Source of the DNA: Schmidtea nova
Taxonomy: Eukaryota
Assembly: GCA_044892505.1 (NCBI GenBank)
Contig: CM097883.1
Coordinates: 198,958,001-199,022,000 of the forward strand
DNA: 64,000 nucleotides
Direction: 5' to 3'
This document shows, in pieces, positions 23,690 through 36,300 of the stretch; positions within the stretch are counted from its first letter, which is position 1; each line of letters starts with the position of its first letter. The position numbers and the translations under genes are program-made. The notes beneath the pieces are model-generated. The model was given only the letters and a program-made list of their open reading frames with translations, did not search any database and was not told the origin of the DNA.

Positions 23690-25010
23690 TTTACATATAC
23701 ATCAATAATTTATATGGTTGGGCTTTAAGTCAACCTTTGCCATGTAGTAACTTTGAATGGCCACTTATTAAACAATATAATTGTTGAGTGCACAACAAAG
23801 AAGTGGATTTAGAAATACTGACTTATTGAGAATCTCTGAACCATCGACAAAAAGGATCTGATTTTCAAATTTAAGAACTTTTGGAGTTCTGCTGTGAAAA
23901 AGGACATCTCACACCTTCTCGGGTTTTAGGAACCTTTGCCCAATATTAATCTCTTCACTGACAGTCAACATTGGACACAAATTGGTCATCACAGCAGATC
24001 CGCGTGGCAATTGTTCAAACAGTTCAGTCTGTTCAAATATACTTTCCTTGTCTGACACTTCACAAAGCTTCTTGATTCTGTCAATACACATTTCACATCG
24101 TCCAATCCCATCCGGCAACAGCTTCAGTTCAGTATTAGATGTGTTGAGCCACAAGAGGAACTACGTTCTTCATTACAGACTTCTGCAACTATTTATTAAA
24201 TTAGGTGTAAAATTAGCACATGTCCATCGTGCAATTAAATTTACACAAAATAAAATATTCCAAAATTATATAAACACAAATACGGCGTTACGAGCAGCGT
24301 CAACAAATAAATTAGATAAAAACTTTTATAAATTACTCAACAACAGTCTTTACAGCAAGACTGTTGAAAATTTTAAAAAAACGTATAAATTTATGTTTGT
24401 GCGATTTCGCACAAAAAACTATTAACATATGCTTCGAAACCAACGTTTCGTAAAACCACTAAAATCGACAAAAACATAATTTCTGTTTTTTTAGGAAGGA
24501 ATCAGTGTGTTTGAATTGATCTAGTTACATAGGTCAAACTGTACTAGATTTATACAAACTTCGAATGCACCAGCTGCAGTATGAAGAGTTGCAAAAATAC
24601 CGTGAAGACTTCAACTGCGAAATTAACATCGTTGCTGGTGACACTGATTTCTTCTTTTTGGAAATCAAAAATCTTTCAATTGATGTTCTTTTACTGGCCA
24701 TGATTAGAGACAATATTCTTGATACCTCCAATTATGACCCAAATAATCTTTATACAGTAGGAACCTTGATTCTATCATTGGCAAGTTCAAAGACGAGAAT
24801 AAGGGATTATTGTATAAAGAGTGGGTGTTCCCATGACCTAAGTGTTATTGTTTAATGGGTGACGAGGCGAGTATGAAGGGATTATCATGAAAGTACTGGA
24901 CTAACACATCAGTCGTATCTGGATTGCTATTTAAATAACAAAATATACACAATCCCACAGTTTAGGATAACATCGAAAAATCATCAGCTTTTTGCGAAAA
25001 AGAAAATCAA
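23690..25010 (+). mobile_element. Polinton/Maverick-type protein-primed DNA polymerase B remnant
   Basis: INNLYGWALSQPLP (motif A), NYVLHYRLLQLFIKLG, FYKLLNNSLYSKTVEN (motif B), IVAGDTDFFF (motif C), ILDTSNYDP and RITSKNHQL. Frameshifts and stops; no TIRs, integrase or capsid genes seen. Confidence 0.88.
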
Positions 25011-25479
25011 AAAAATCAAAAATTGAGAATGAACAATTGGCTCTCATCAGAACCACAATCTATTATTGGAAAAAATGTTAAAAAATTATAGATAATGAAA
25101 GAAATCGATTTTAAAAAGAAAACAACCGAAAAGAGCGCCAAAAGATATTAAAAAGATATTCAAAAAGAGATTGAAATGATACAAACAGAGAAAAGATTTG
25201 CGAATGAATAAATTTAGTCAATAAATTTAGTCAGGTGTCACGACGTTAGTTTAAAATTAAATCTCAATTATTCGGTTCTCCGGGGACGTTCCTAGTCCGT
25301 AGGCGCTGTTAGTTCCTATCTAATGTTCTCCCTCCATGCATATTATTATCCCTTTGTGCATTAATTCACGCAGTTATTAAAATTATTCGTAAAACATTTC
25401 AAACCCAACACTGCATTTAATTACTGCGTTTTAACCATAGATTGTTAAACTCATATTATTCAATTATTCTCAAGTGACT

Positions 25480-26040
25480 ACGTACCCATTCCATGAGGCG
25501 CTTGAACAGCTGGCGTTGTACTCAGGAATTCAATTTTCCCGACACTTCCTCCCTTGTTCTCCAATGCACTCATAATTCAAGGGCTGTCCTCACTCGTTTC
25601 CTAATGACGTTCATGATTTGTATTCAGCCCATTTTCCACTCAATGGCCCGCGATACACTATCAACTGACTTGAGCGCTTCCTTTTATATTAAATTCAGCG
25701 CTTAAGCAGCCAATCAGAATCGAGTTAGCTTTTTATTGGCTAGAACTCCGATTTTTTATTATTATTAATTATTATTAGTTTATTTTATTTTTATTTAATT
25801 ATTTTTTCCTGATTATTTTTTCCTATTAATTTTATTAAATTAATTTAATGTTACTTTTTATTCTTTAAACTCTATTTCTCATTTTACTCCGAATTTTCTA
25901 TTTTATTTTTGTTTCAATTTTATCCTTTTTACGGCTATTATTTTCTTAATTTTTATGCCTTTTGTTATTTATTTCTAATTTATCTCTTTAATTCTCGTTT
26001 AATTATTTACTTCTATTAATTATTTTCATAATTTGTGCTT
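25480..26040 (-). repeat. Family A cassette copy 3
   Basis: TGAGCGCT-tccttttatattaaattc-AGCGCTTAAGCAGCCAATCAG...ATTGG...CCGATTT, then a T-rich tract. Confidence 0.5.
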
Positions 26041-26349
26041 ATCCTAAGTATATACTAGTCCAACAGTCTTTTTATGTAAGGTTATGGGTGAAGGATCCGT
26101 AGTACACATAATTAAAGTTTCGAAACCCACCCATCATTTGTTGAGTCATAGATGACTCATATGTCTTTGTTCCCGTATCCACACTTCTACCTACTATCTA
26201 CAATCTATCAAAATGAATTGCTACTTAAACATTACTCCAACATTCTTTGAAGAAAACTTTCCCTCGCAATTTCAAAAAATCATACACCACAAAACACTCA
26301 GAAAGAAACCAAGCATGTTATTGTAACAATCACGTATACCCAAATAAGA

Positions 26350-27060
26350 AATCGCCACAGGGAATTACTATAGACCCGTAGGTTTAGGGAAGAAAAATAA
26401 TTTCTTCAATTAGAAAAACAAGGCTTTGTACGACTTTTGTATTCTCCATGGACAGCATCTTTTCAGATTGCCACAAAAAAAGATTTTAACTAATACTATG
26501 TTGCGAATACATGGGCGTAAATAAAGTAACAGTGTCCAATTCTTATCCCATGCCCCTCATTTATGATATACTACAAAGATTCTAAAGCTGCACTATTTTT
26601 CTCATCATTTGATTTGATCAAAGCTTATCATCAGATTCCGATTGATAAAGAACTTAAAACAGCGGTCACTTCACCATTTTGACTTTTTGAATATATTTGT
26701 ATGTTTTATTACGTCACATTGAAACAATCTTAAAATATATTGAACCTTCTGTGACATGTTGAAGACATTATCACTGCTTCCCCAAACATTAATATACATA
26801 AAAAGGATCTATATGAAACTATCACGACTAAAAAATAAAAACCCTCAGCTAAAACCACACAGCATTTTCTGGACATATTTTTTTCAAGTGACATTAAACC
26901 CTCTATGTGTGTAGACTATAAAAACTTTCCCAAACTCGAAATAATTACTGCTTTACGCAGTTTTCTTTGAACTGTCAATCTTTCGTTTGTGATTGCTCCA
27001 TTAACATAAATTTCCGCTAATTCTATACAGGTCACCGTGTTACAATACGAGTATTGTTAA
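26350..27060 (+). pseudogene. Gypsy LTR-retrotransposon reverse transcriptase relic
   Basis: SPWTAS...KKD, SYPMPLIYDILQ, IFSSFDLIKAYHQIPI, KTAVTSPF*LFEY; heavily degraded. Confidence 0.85.
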
Positions 27061-27356
27061 AAACAATATTCAACCTGAACTTAAGTAAAAATATTTTATT
27101 CTGATCTAATTCTTGCTTTAGTTATTTCGCTTCAAATCTATTTTTGCTTTTTTTAACCAAGTAACGTTACTCTAGGCAAATAAAAATGATTTGCCTTCAT
27201 TTGTGCAAAAATGAAATCACTACAAATGTTGTCAAAATAGTAACACTGAATTGGAATTTCCCCATATTTAGCAAATTATAAATTGTCCGATAAAGAGCTT
27301 TTAAAGCGGCGTCAAGACTTATAAAAGTTTATTTTTATTGACCTAATGCTTATTAG

Positions 27357-30300
27357 ATCACATGGCTTCTGCAAGCTGTTAGTGTCTGCGATATGACAAC
27401 ATTAATGGGCGATGACAGCATAAGCAATGTCAGACGGTTGTGTCATAAATCTCTTAAGCCTCTCTCTTCGAAAACTCGATCAATGTTAAAAGAAAAGTTT
27501 GATATTGATGCTACAAATTTAAGTAGGAAAACTAAAAATTGACTTTATAAATTAGTATTTTTTTACAGATTCAGCGGCTGTTTGTATTTATCCATCGCAA
27601 GTTTCTGAGGTGAAATCGCAACTTAAAATATCAAACATTAATATTGCCTCTGGTTAGTTATAAATCAATCTTGAAATTTAAAATATGATTATGTTGTAAT
27701 AAATGTACTTTAATATTTATATTACAATTGTCGTTATTAATCTAGTCAAATATCGTATATTTACTATGAACCAAGATCAAACTCTATTTAATATATAAAC
27801 AGGTTGTTAATTGGGAACATATCAAATGACTATTATGAAGCATGAATTGATTTTATATTTTGCTTTTGTAACAAATGTTCAACTGTTCTCGATATTTATT
27901 TTAGATGCACGAGTTATTTCTTTCAGCGTAGTTTCAGGAATTTAACAAACCGCGGTAATCAACAACAAATAATCTTGAAATCTTTTTTTAATTTATAATT
28001 TATTAAAAAGTTAATAATTTAATTAATTATATTCTACAATATTTATTGGTGAATTTTTTTCAAATTGTGCCTGAAGCCAATGGATGGAAATGATAAACGA
28101 AAATCAATGGAATTGTTTTTTAAAGATCCATCGTACATCTTTTCTATTCACCTAACTATGTTTTTTTATGTTCAATTGAAATTGCCAAACATGTTTAGTT
28201 CATTTAATAAAAACTATGATGACGCTTAAAAAGTAGTTTATAAATATACTATGCAAAATCATTTTAATTGAACTCGCTAAAAATAATATTAACCCGCCGT
28301 TGGTCGCGCAAGTATCGCTTACGCAGTTGGTCGCGCCGGAGCGAATAGCCGTATCGCAGTTCTTTACGCTTTTAAGTTGAAATATTTAATATTTATTTGC
28401 TTTTTTTATTTCTGGCATATAACCCCCCCTAGAAAAAAATTTTTGAAGTGACCTGGGGAGCCACTATGTTTTTGGGTCGATCTTTTGTATAGGAAAATTT
28501 TTGTCGGTTTTTTGTACAGGTGGCCTGGAAAGCCACTATGTTTTTGGGTCGATCTTTTGTATAGGAAATTTTTGTCGATCTTTTGAATAGGATTTTCTAT
28601 TCCGAGATTTTTCTCGGGCAAAAAGGGACACTGGATTTTTGTCGGTCTTTTGTACAGGTGAGTTGGAAAGCCACTATGTTTTTTCGTCGATCTTTTGTAT
28701 AGGGAAATTTTTGTCGGTATTTTGTACAGGTTAGTTAAAAAGCCACTGTTTTTTGGTCAATCTTTTGTATAGGAAAATTTTTGTCGGTCTTTTGAATAGG
28801 ATTTTCTACTCCGAGATTTTTTCTCGGGCAAAAAGGGACTCTGGAATTTTGTACAGGGATTTTTGGTCTGGTATTTTTGAATAGAATTTTTAGTCTGGTT
28901 ATTTTGAACAGGGGTTTTCTATTCCGAGATTTTTCTCGGGCAAAAAGGGACACTGGATTTTTGTACAGGTGAGTTAGAAAGCCACTTTATTTACATAAAG
29001 AAAGAAGAAAAATAAAATTAAAAATATTTCAAAAGCTAAATATAATTTTTTTACACATAAGATTAAAACTTTAAAAATAACATAAAGCATATATATTATT
29101 CTTGATCTTGATCACTTGAACATTTTTTTGCAATCTGGACATGATACCGACAATGTTTTTTGCATATTGGGTTATAGCACATGTGGTATCTGATGATAGT
29201 TTTGTGATTTTTTTCTTTGGCAGAAATCGCATTTTGGTTGATTTGATCCACTTGGTTCTGGGTTCTGAATTATTACAGTGTCAAGTTTCTCTCCTAAATA
29301 CTCCTGTATTTTTATTCGCATTATTTGCGATAAATTTGGCACGGTCAATTTATTTTTCAAATAAGGACTTAAGAGACTAGATGATAAATTTTTTAAATAT
29401 TTTCTACGAGTAATTATTTCATTTGTATTTATTTTATATATTATCTGGCTATTGATTCCTGCAACATTCAACAAACTGTAAAATATAGTATAGCGGCCAT
29501 CGAAAACTAACTCGTAATACCGAATATTCTGCTTTTAGTCTATCTACCATTTTATGGCTATGGAGGATGTTATAGTGTATATTATTTATGTAGAGTGTTT
29601 ATGTGTGTATTGTTTGCGAGTATCTTAGAAGTATTTGTAGAGCCCAAGAGAGTCTTCCAATAAAAAAAGGTCGTGTGGAGACACTCGGGGTGATTGCTGT
29701 GGTGCGCGAATTTACAATAAAATAAAATAAAGATTTGAAACAAAAAAAAACAACTTTCAACAATCAACTCTATATTTTTAAACAACCAGTTACTCACGTA
29801 TCCTGAGTAAATTGCCTGAGATAACAATAATTGATAGGGACAAGGTGAATTGATGTGTGACTGATTCTGTTATTGGGATTGATAAGATGAATTGTTATTC
29901 GGACCAAGTACGGTTCGAATATTGACTGAAATGTTGTATGGAGAATTCTGTTATTAAGATTGATAATATGAATTGTTTTTCGGACCAAGTACGGTTCGAA
30001 AATTGACTGGAATGTTGTATTTGGTCGATTCGATCCACTTGGTTCTGGGTTCTGAATTATTACAGTGTCAAGTTTCTCTCCTAAATACTCCTGTATTTTT
30101 ATTCGCATTATTTGCGATAAATTTGGCACGGTCAATTTATTTTTCAAATAAGGACTTAAGAGACTAGATGATAAATTTTTTAAATATTTTCTACGAGTAA
30201 TTATTTCATTTGTATTTATTTTATATATTATCTGGCTATTGATTCCTGCAACATTCAACAAACTGTAAAATATAGTATAGCGGCCATCGAAAACTAACTC

Positions 30301-33300
30301 GTAATACCGAATATTCTGCTTTTAGTCTATCTACCATTTTATGGCTATGGAGGATGTTATAGTGTATATTATTTATGTAGAGTGTTTATGTGTGTATTGT
30401 TTGCGAGTATCTTAGAAGTATTTGTAGAGCCCAAGAGAGTCTTCCAATAAAAAAAGGTCGTGTGGAGACACTCGGGGTGATTGCTATGTGGTGCGCGAAT
30501 TTACAATAAAATAAAATAAAGATTTGAAACAAAAAAAAACAACTTTCAACAATCAACTCTATATTTTTAAACAACCAGTTACTCACGTATCCTGAGTAAA
30601 TTGCCTGAGATAACAATAATTGATAGGGACAAGGTGAATTGATGTGTGACTGATTCTGTTATTGGGATTGATAAGATGAATTGTTATTCGGACCAAGTAC
30701 GGTTCGAATATTGACTGAAATGTTGTATGGAGAATTCTGTTATTAAGATTGATAATATGAATTGTTTTTCGGACCAAGTACGGTTCGAAAATTGACTGGA
30801 ATGTTGTATTTGGTCGATTCGATCCACTTGGTTCTGGGTTCTGAATTATTACAGTGTCAAGTTTCTCTCCTAAATACTCCTGTATTTTTATTCGCATTAT
30901 TTGCGATAAATTTGGCACGGTCAATTTATTTTTCAAATAAGGACTTAAGAGACTAGATGATAAATTTTTTAAATATTTTCTACGAGTAATTATTTCATTT
31001 GTATTTATTTTATATATTATCTGGCTATTGATTCCTGCAACATTCAACAAACTGTAAAATATAGTATAGCGGCCATCGAAAACTAACTCGTAATACCGAA
31101 TATTCTGCTTTTAGTCTATCTACCATTTTATGGCTATGGAGGATGTTATAGTGTATATTATTTATGTAGAGTGTTTATGTGTGTATTGTTTGCGAGTATC
31201 TTAGAAGTATTTGTAGAGCCCAAGAGAGTCTTCCAATAAAAAAAGGTCGTGTGGAGACACTCGGGGTGATTGCTATGTGGTGCGCGAATTTACAATAAAA
31301 TAAAATAAAGATTTGAAACAAAAAAAAACAACTTTCAACAATCAACTCTATATTTTTAAACAACCAGTTACTCACGTATCCTGAGTAAATTGCCTGAGAT
31401 AACAATAATTGATAGGGACAAGGTGAATTGATGTGTGACTGATTCTGTTATTGGGATTGATAAGATGAATTGTTATTCGGACCAAGTACGGTTCGAAAAT
31501 TGACTGAAATGTTGTATGGAGAATTCTGTTATTGGGATTGATAATATGAATTGTTTTTCGTACCAAGTACGGTTCGAAAATTGACTGAAATGTTGTATGG
31601 AGGATTCTGTTATTGGGATTGATAATATGAATTGTTTTTCGGACCAAGTACGGTTCGAAAATTGACTGGAATGTTGTATGGAGGATTCTGTTTTAAATTT
31701 TCCAACTCATGCGCGAGTAGATAAATATGAATATGAAACTACTATTCTAAAATCGATTTTATTAATTTGTCAGCTTACTATAGTTTCTTACTATAGTAAG
31801 CTTTATTTTTAAATTTTAAAAATTTAAAATATAATTTTTTAATTAAAATAATCATAATAATAAAAATGATGTTGTCCTCAACACGCAGGGATGGGGGGAA
31901 ATCCAAACTATACATTTTCAATACTAACCATAAAAACACTAAATATAAAAAACAAATTATCATACCTAGCTGTTGGGTTCACCACATACCACATCTACCC
32001 AAATAACGTTCTCTCTCGATCGTTGATATAACACAACTAATACGCAAAACCAAATGTATATAAAATTAGCAAAACATGTTTGAGTCTGTAATATTGAATA
32101 AAACATCATTCTGGAAAGTAGAGGGATCCGCAACTTAATATGTTTCATACAAAAAAACGATAGGGTGAGCACTGTGCCGCCGCGCGACCAACAGCGGGTT
32201 AATATACATTGGGTGACTTGAGTTGACAAACGTGTCCAAAGAGTTAATCAAAATAAAGTAACATGTATTAATTTGATAGAATGTCAAAATATTTGGTAAA
32301 TTTTGAAAATATAGCCAATCTTTGTCTATATTCCTTTTTTGCTCAAGCGTCAATAATGGAAATTTCAACAGATTATAAATGCGATGTTATGTTGAAAGGC
32401 GTATGGTTGAAACCGCAAAGAAAGTTTATGATTATTTATGCAAAGTGTGGTAAGATGTGGTGAGGTACAAAGTATATTGTAAAGATACATGTCGAAAATG
32501 AGTGGATGAAGACAATCAGATTTTGATGAAATGTGCGACTTTAGTAGAATATTAGAATCATTGTCAACATTGATGCAATACGCAGGTTTATTGGAGGTGA
32601 TAGGAGTTTAACAATGTTATGAATTTCAGAAGAAACTAGAATAAGTTGAGGATGTGTTTATAAAGTTATCACAGATAATTTACAGTTTCATTCTTTTAGT
32701 GCAAAATGAATATAAGCCTTTATATACTAAAAGATAATCACAATATAACTGTATTTTGATAGCTCCGTATTTTACAAAAAAATATTCTAATTCACTTTCA
32801 AAAGCAAATATCTAAACAAGAAAACAAAAAGTAGATATTTAAACAACCAAAATTATTTATAAAAAATTGAATTACCAATCAAAATAACATCTTTTTTTCA
32901 TAATACCTCTATATATATCACAATATTATTCACAAACCTTATGGTAAAAAATAGGGGATGCTGTGTATCTGTGTCCTTAGAATACAGAAACAAAAGTCCA
33001 CCAGTAGTCTACTTGTGCTCAATAACTTTGAACCTAAAATAGGAATAATGACGCCACCGACGCAGAAGTTCGAATAAAATGTTTGATCAGATAAAGATAG
33101 TACCAAATTAATAATTTTTTTTAAAATTGTTGAGGATACCTAAAATACAAAATAATATAAAAATAATAAAATTACCTGGGGGAAAACAGTCATGACGAAG
33201 GAGATGGTCAATGAGAACACAGAAAAGAAAACGGAAATAGAAATGAATGAGAAATGAGAAAGAAGAATCAAACAAAAGAAATTAAACAGAAAATCAAAAC

Positions 33301-36300
33301 GAAGGTCAGCACTAATTAATTAGTGCAAAAGGAAAAGGAATTCCAAAATGGGAAAAAACAAAATAACACCAATAATCTTATCTCGACAGCTTGTCAGAGA
33401 TAACGGGAAGAAAAATAAAACAACCAGGAGCGGCAAAAAGAAAAAAACAAATTATCTTGACAGCTATCAATGATAACTCTGCTTGCGAGAAAAACAAAGG
33501 AATTATGTGGAGGAAAAATGGAAAATTAAAGATAAACTTAAGTGCCACAAATTGACGAGGTATAAAAGGAGGAAGCACAGCAGAAGCAGTCAAAAGATTT
33601 TAAACAGAACATTTGGCGGGAGAAAATCACGAGAGACAATTAAACAGAACATTTCCGACAGGCGGTTGAAAAAAATACAGAGGAAATATTGGAGAAATTG
33701 AAAGATTGTGTGAAATTGGAAAAGAAGTTTAGAAAATAATTTGAAGAAAATCCGACGAAATATTAAATCAGAAATAAAGGATGTAACAGAAAATTGAGTG
33801 AAACCCGTTATCATCGATTTATAATCGAGTAAAACTCAACCAGTAAATCCAAGTCAAATCCAGAAGACAACCAGCTAAATTATCTATTGTTATACCCCTC
33901 AGTGGTGAGTGATCGTTCGAACCAAGATTATATAAAGTGCTATTCTTCACCATAGTGTCGTAATAAGCACCGTATAATCAGTTGTTGGTCTGTTGATTTT
34001 GGTCAATTCAGTGTTATTCAATAAAGTTTCCAGTGTTAATTGTTATTGTTGTCAATTAAAAGGCACGCTTTGGAGCCATTTCACCAACAACCCCAGATTC
34101 CAACAAAATTAATTTTCCTTTATTCTTTTTGATATTTAAATTTATCAAATTTATGAAAATTATTATTATTTTAATTCTTGTGTTTTTCCATGTTATTTTC
34201 GTTCTTTTGTTATGTTTATGTCGATTTCTGCTAGACTTTTTGCATTTATCGAATTTTATTTTTGTTTTAATGTATTTTTCTACAATTTGTTTTATTTTAA
34301 TTTATTTCGTGACAAATTTTTGGTTTTAATTTATGGTTTCTCGAAATTATTTCGAATTCACTTCGTGCGGTTTTTTACTTCTATTTCCGCTACATATTTA
34401 AACAAATTTTCAAAATTTGTTTTGCCCGACACTATTCAATTTAGAATTATTTTCATGGATTAAATACGGTATATTTTCTTTCCAGTGGCTACCGGATTCC
34501 CTTCTGGCCAATATCCATTAGCTACAAGGATTCAGGAAATAGAATATTGTATTTCAAACGGAGCTACTGAAATAGATATTGTCATTAATCGATCACTAGT
34601 TCATCAAGGTCAATGGGAAAGTAGATAATTAGCACTAATGAAATTGTGAAAAATTGAATTTTTTTTATTAGAATTATACGATGAACTAGTAGCCATGAGA
34701 AAATCTTGCACTGTCAAATTGAAAACCATTTTGGAAGTTGGTCAGTTAGGTTCATACAATAATATTTATTCAGCTAGTATGGTTGCAATGTTGGCAGGGG
34801 CAGACTTTATTAAAACATCAACTGGCAAAGAATGTTCTGCTAATGCAACTTTGCCAATGTCCTTAGTCATGCTTTTGGCTATTTCAGATTTCTATCGACA
34901 AACTGGAATAAAGGTGAAATTTTTACTCTAGATCAGTGGTTCTTAGTCGGGTGTCGCGAGCTCCCCCTAATTTCGTTACTGAAAATTTATTTATTTATTT
35001 CATATTAAATTATTAAATTTCTAAATTTTCTTATTATAATTTAAAAATTTTTTACATTCACAAGTTTAGTAGTGGAGGTTGATGTTAAAAAGTATTATTA
35101 ATTAAACAGGAATATCTAAATATCAGTGAAAAGCCAACTAAAATTTTGTTACAATTTTCAACATCCAATTTGAGCGAGTCAGGATTTTCTGCACTGGTAA
35201 ATATTACGAATAATAACAGACAAAAACTGAACTCAATTGAGAATGAGTTAAGAGTATGCTTGTCAAAAAACGCGACCTTAATATTAAGGAGATATGCAAA
35301 AAGCATCAAGCTCAAATATCGCAAATTTCACATTAAAATATTATAAAGATTTTTAAAATTATTTTTATTAGATATTGAATTTACAAAATTTCTTGTTATT
35401 TACACAGATAAAATCTTAATTTTACAAATTTTTCGTTTGGGTAGAAAAGGCTGAGAACCACTAGACAAAGAATAATATTTTTAAAATCTTATAATTTAAT
35501 ATAAAATAAACGAAAGAGTTGTCGCAATGGAGATAATTTAATCTTTACAACAAATAAATCAAGCCCGTAGCCACTTCCTTGCCATAGAATCCAAACCGTC
35601 CTTCACATATTCAACCTCTTACAAACCTTGCATGCTAAATACACTTACCTCAGGATCACACGCCTGGTTGAAATGCATTGATTCCACTAACTTGAAGCCC
35701 CGGTATAAAGGTCCCTTCCCCGTCATCAAACTATATAAAAACACGGCTCAACTGCACATCGACGGCGCACCACACATCATAAGCCTGAACCGCTTTTGTA
35801 CTAGCCGATCAGGACAATCAACGTCCCATACTGTTTTAATTGAAAGAACATCGGCGCCCCACCCGGGAGCGCCACATTGGTCATATCATTCTTGTTCATG
35901 AAGGTATAAGCTTCACCAGTTCGACAGGCTCGGCCTGTTCTGCCTTTCGTTAAATCTGGAATATCGAGACCACGAGATGCTACATCCGTAGCAATCATAA
36001 TATTCCTAGTGCCTGATCTCATCGTTTTCAATGCCATTTCTCTTCCTTGTTGATCTAAATCTCCGTGAATTGCACAGGCTTTTACTGCTCCTTTCGGACC
36101 CAATAAGCCTCTCGATCGTTTTAAGAATAACTCAAATGCCAGATCACTACATTGGGCCTTTCTTGTCACAAATATAATGATTTTATCTTCTGGTTTAATT
36201 TCTGACAGTATTCCAACTAATCTCTGAGTTTTATCGTGATAGTTCATTTATTTTTTAATTTCAATTTAATTTGTAATTTAAATTCAACAAAATCCAATTC

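Noticed and set aside
27240-27356. Possible 30-32-nt micro-introns at the DERA 5' end
   Set aside because: No single phase-consistent, stop-free path could be built, so the 5' end is left unresolved.
31440-31690. 81-bp repeats and the 28430-28990 array as a possible CRISPR array
   Set aside because: No unique spacers, no cas genes, eukaryotic context; they are piggyBac internal and subterminal repeats.
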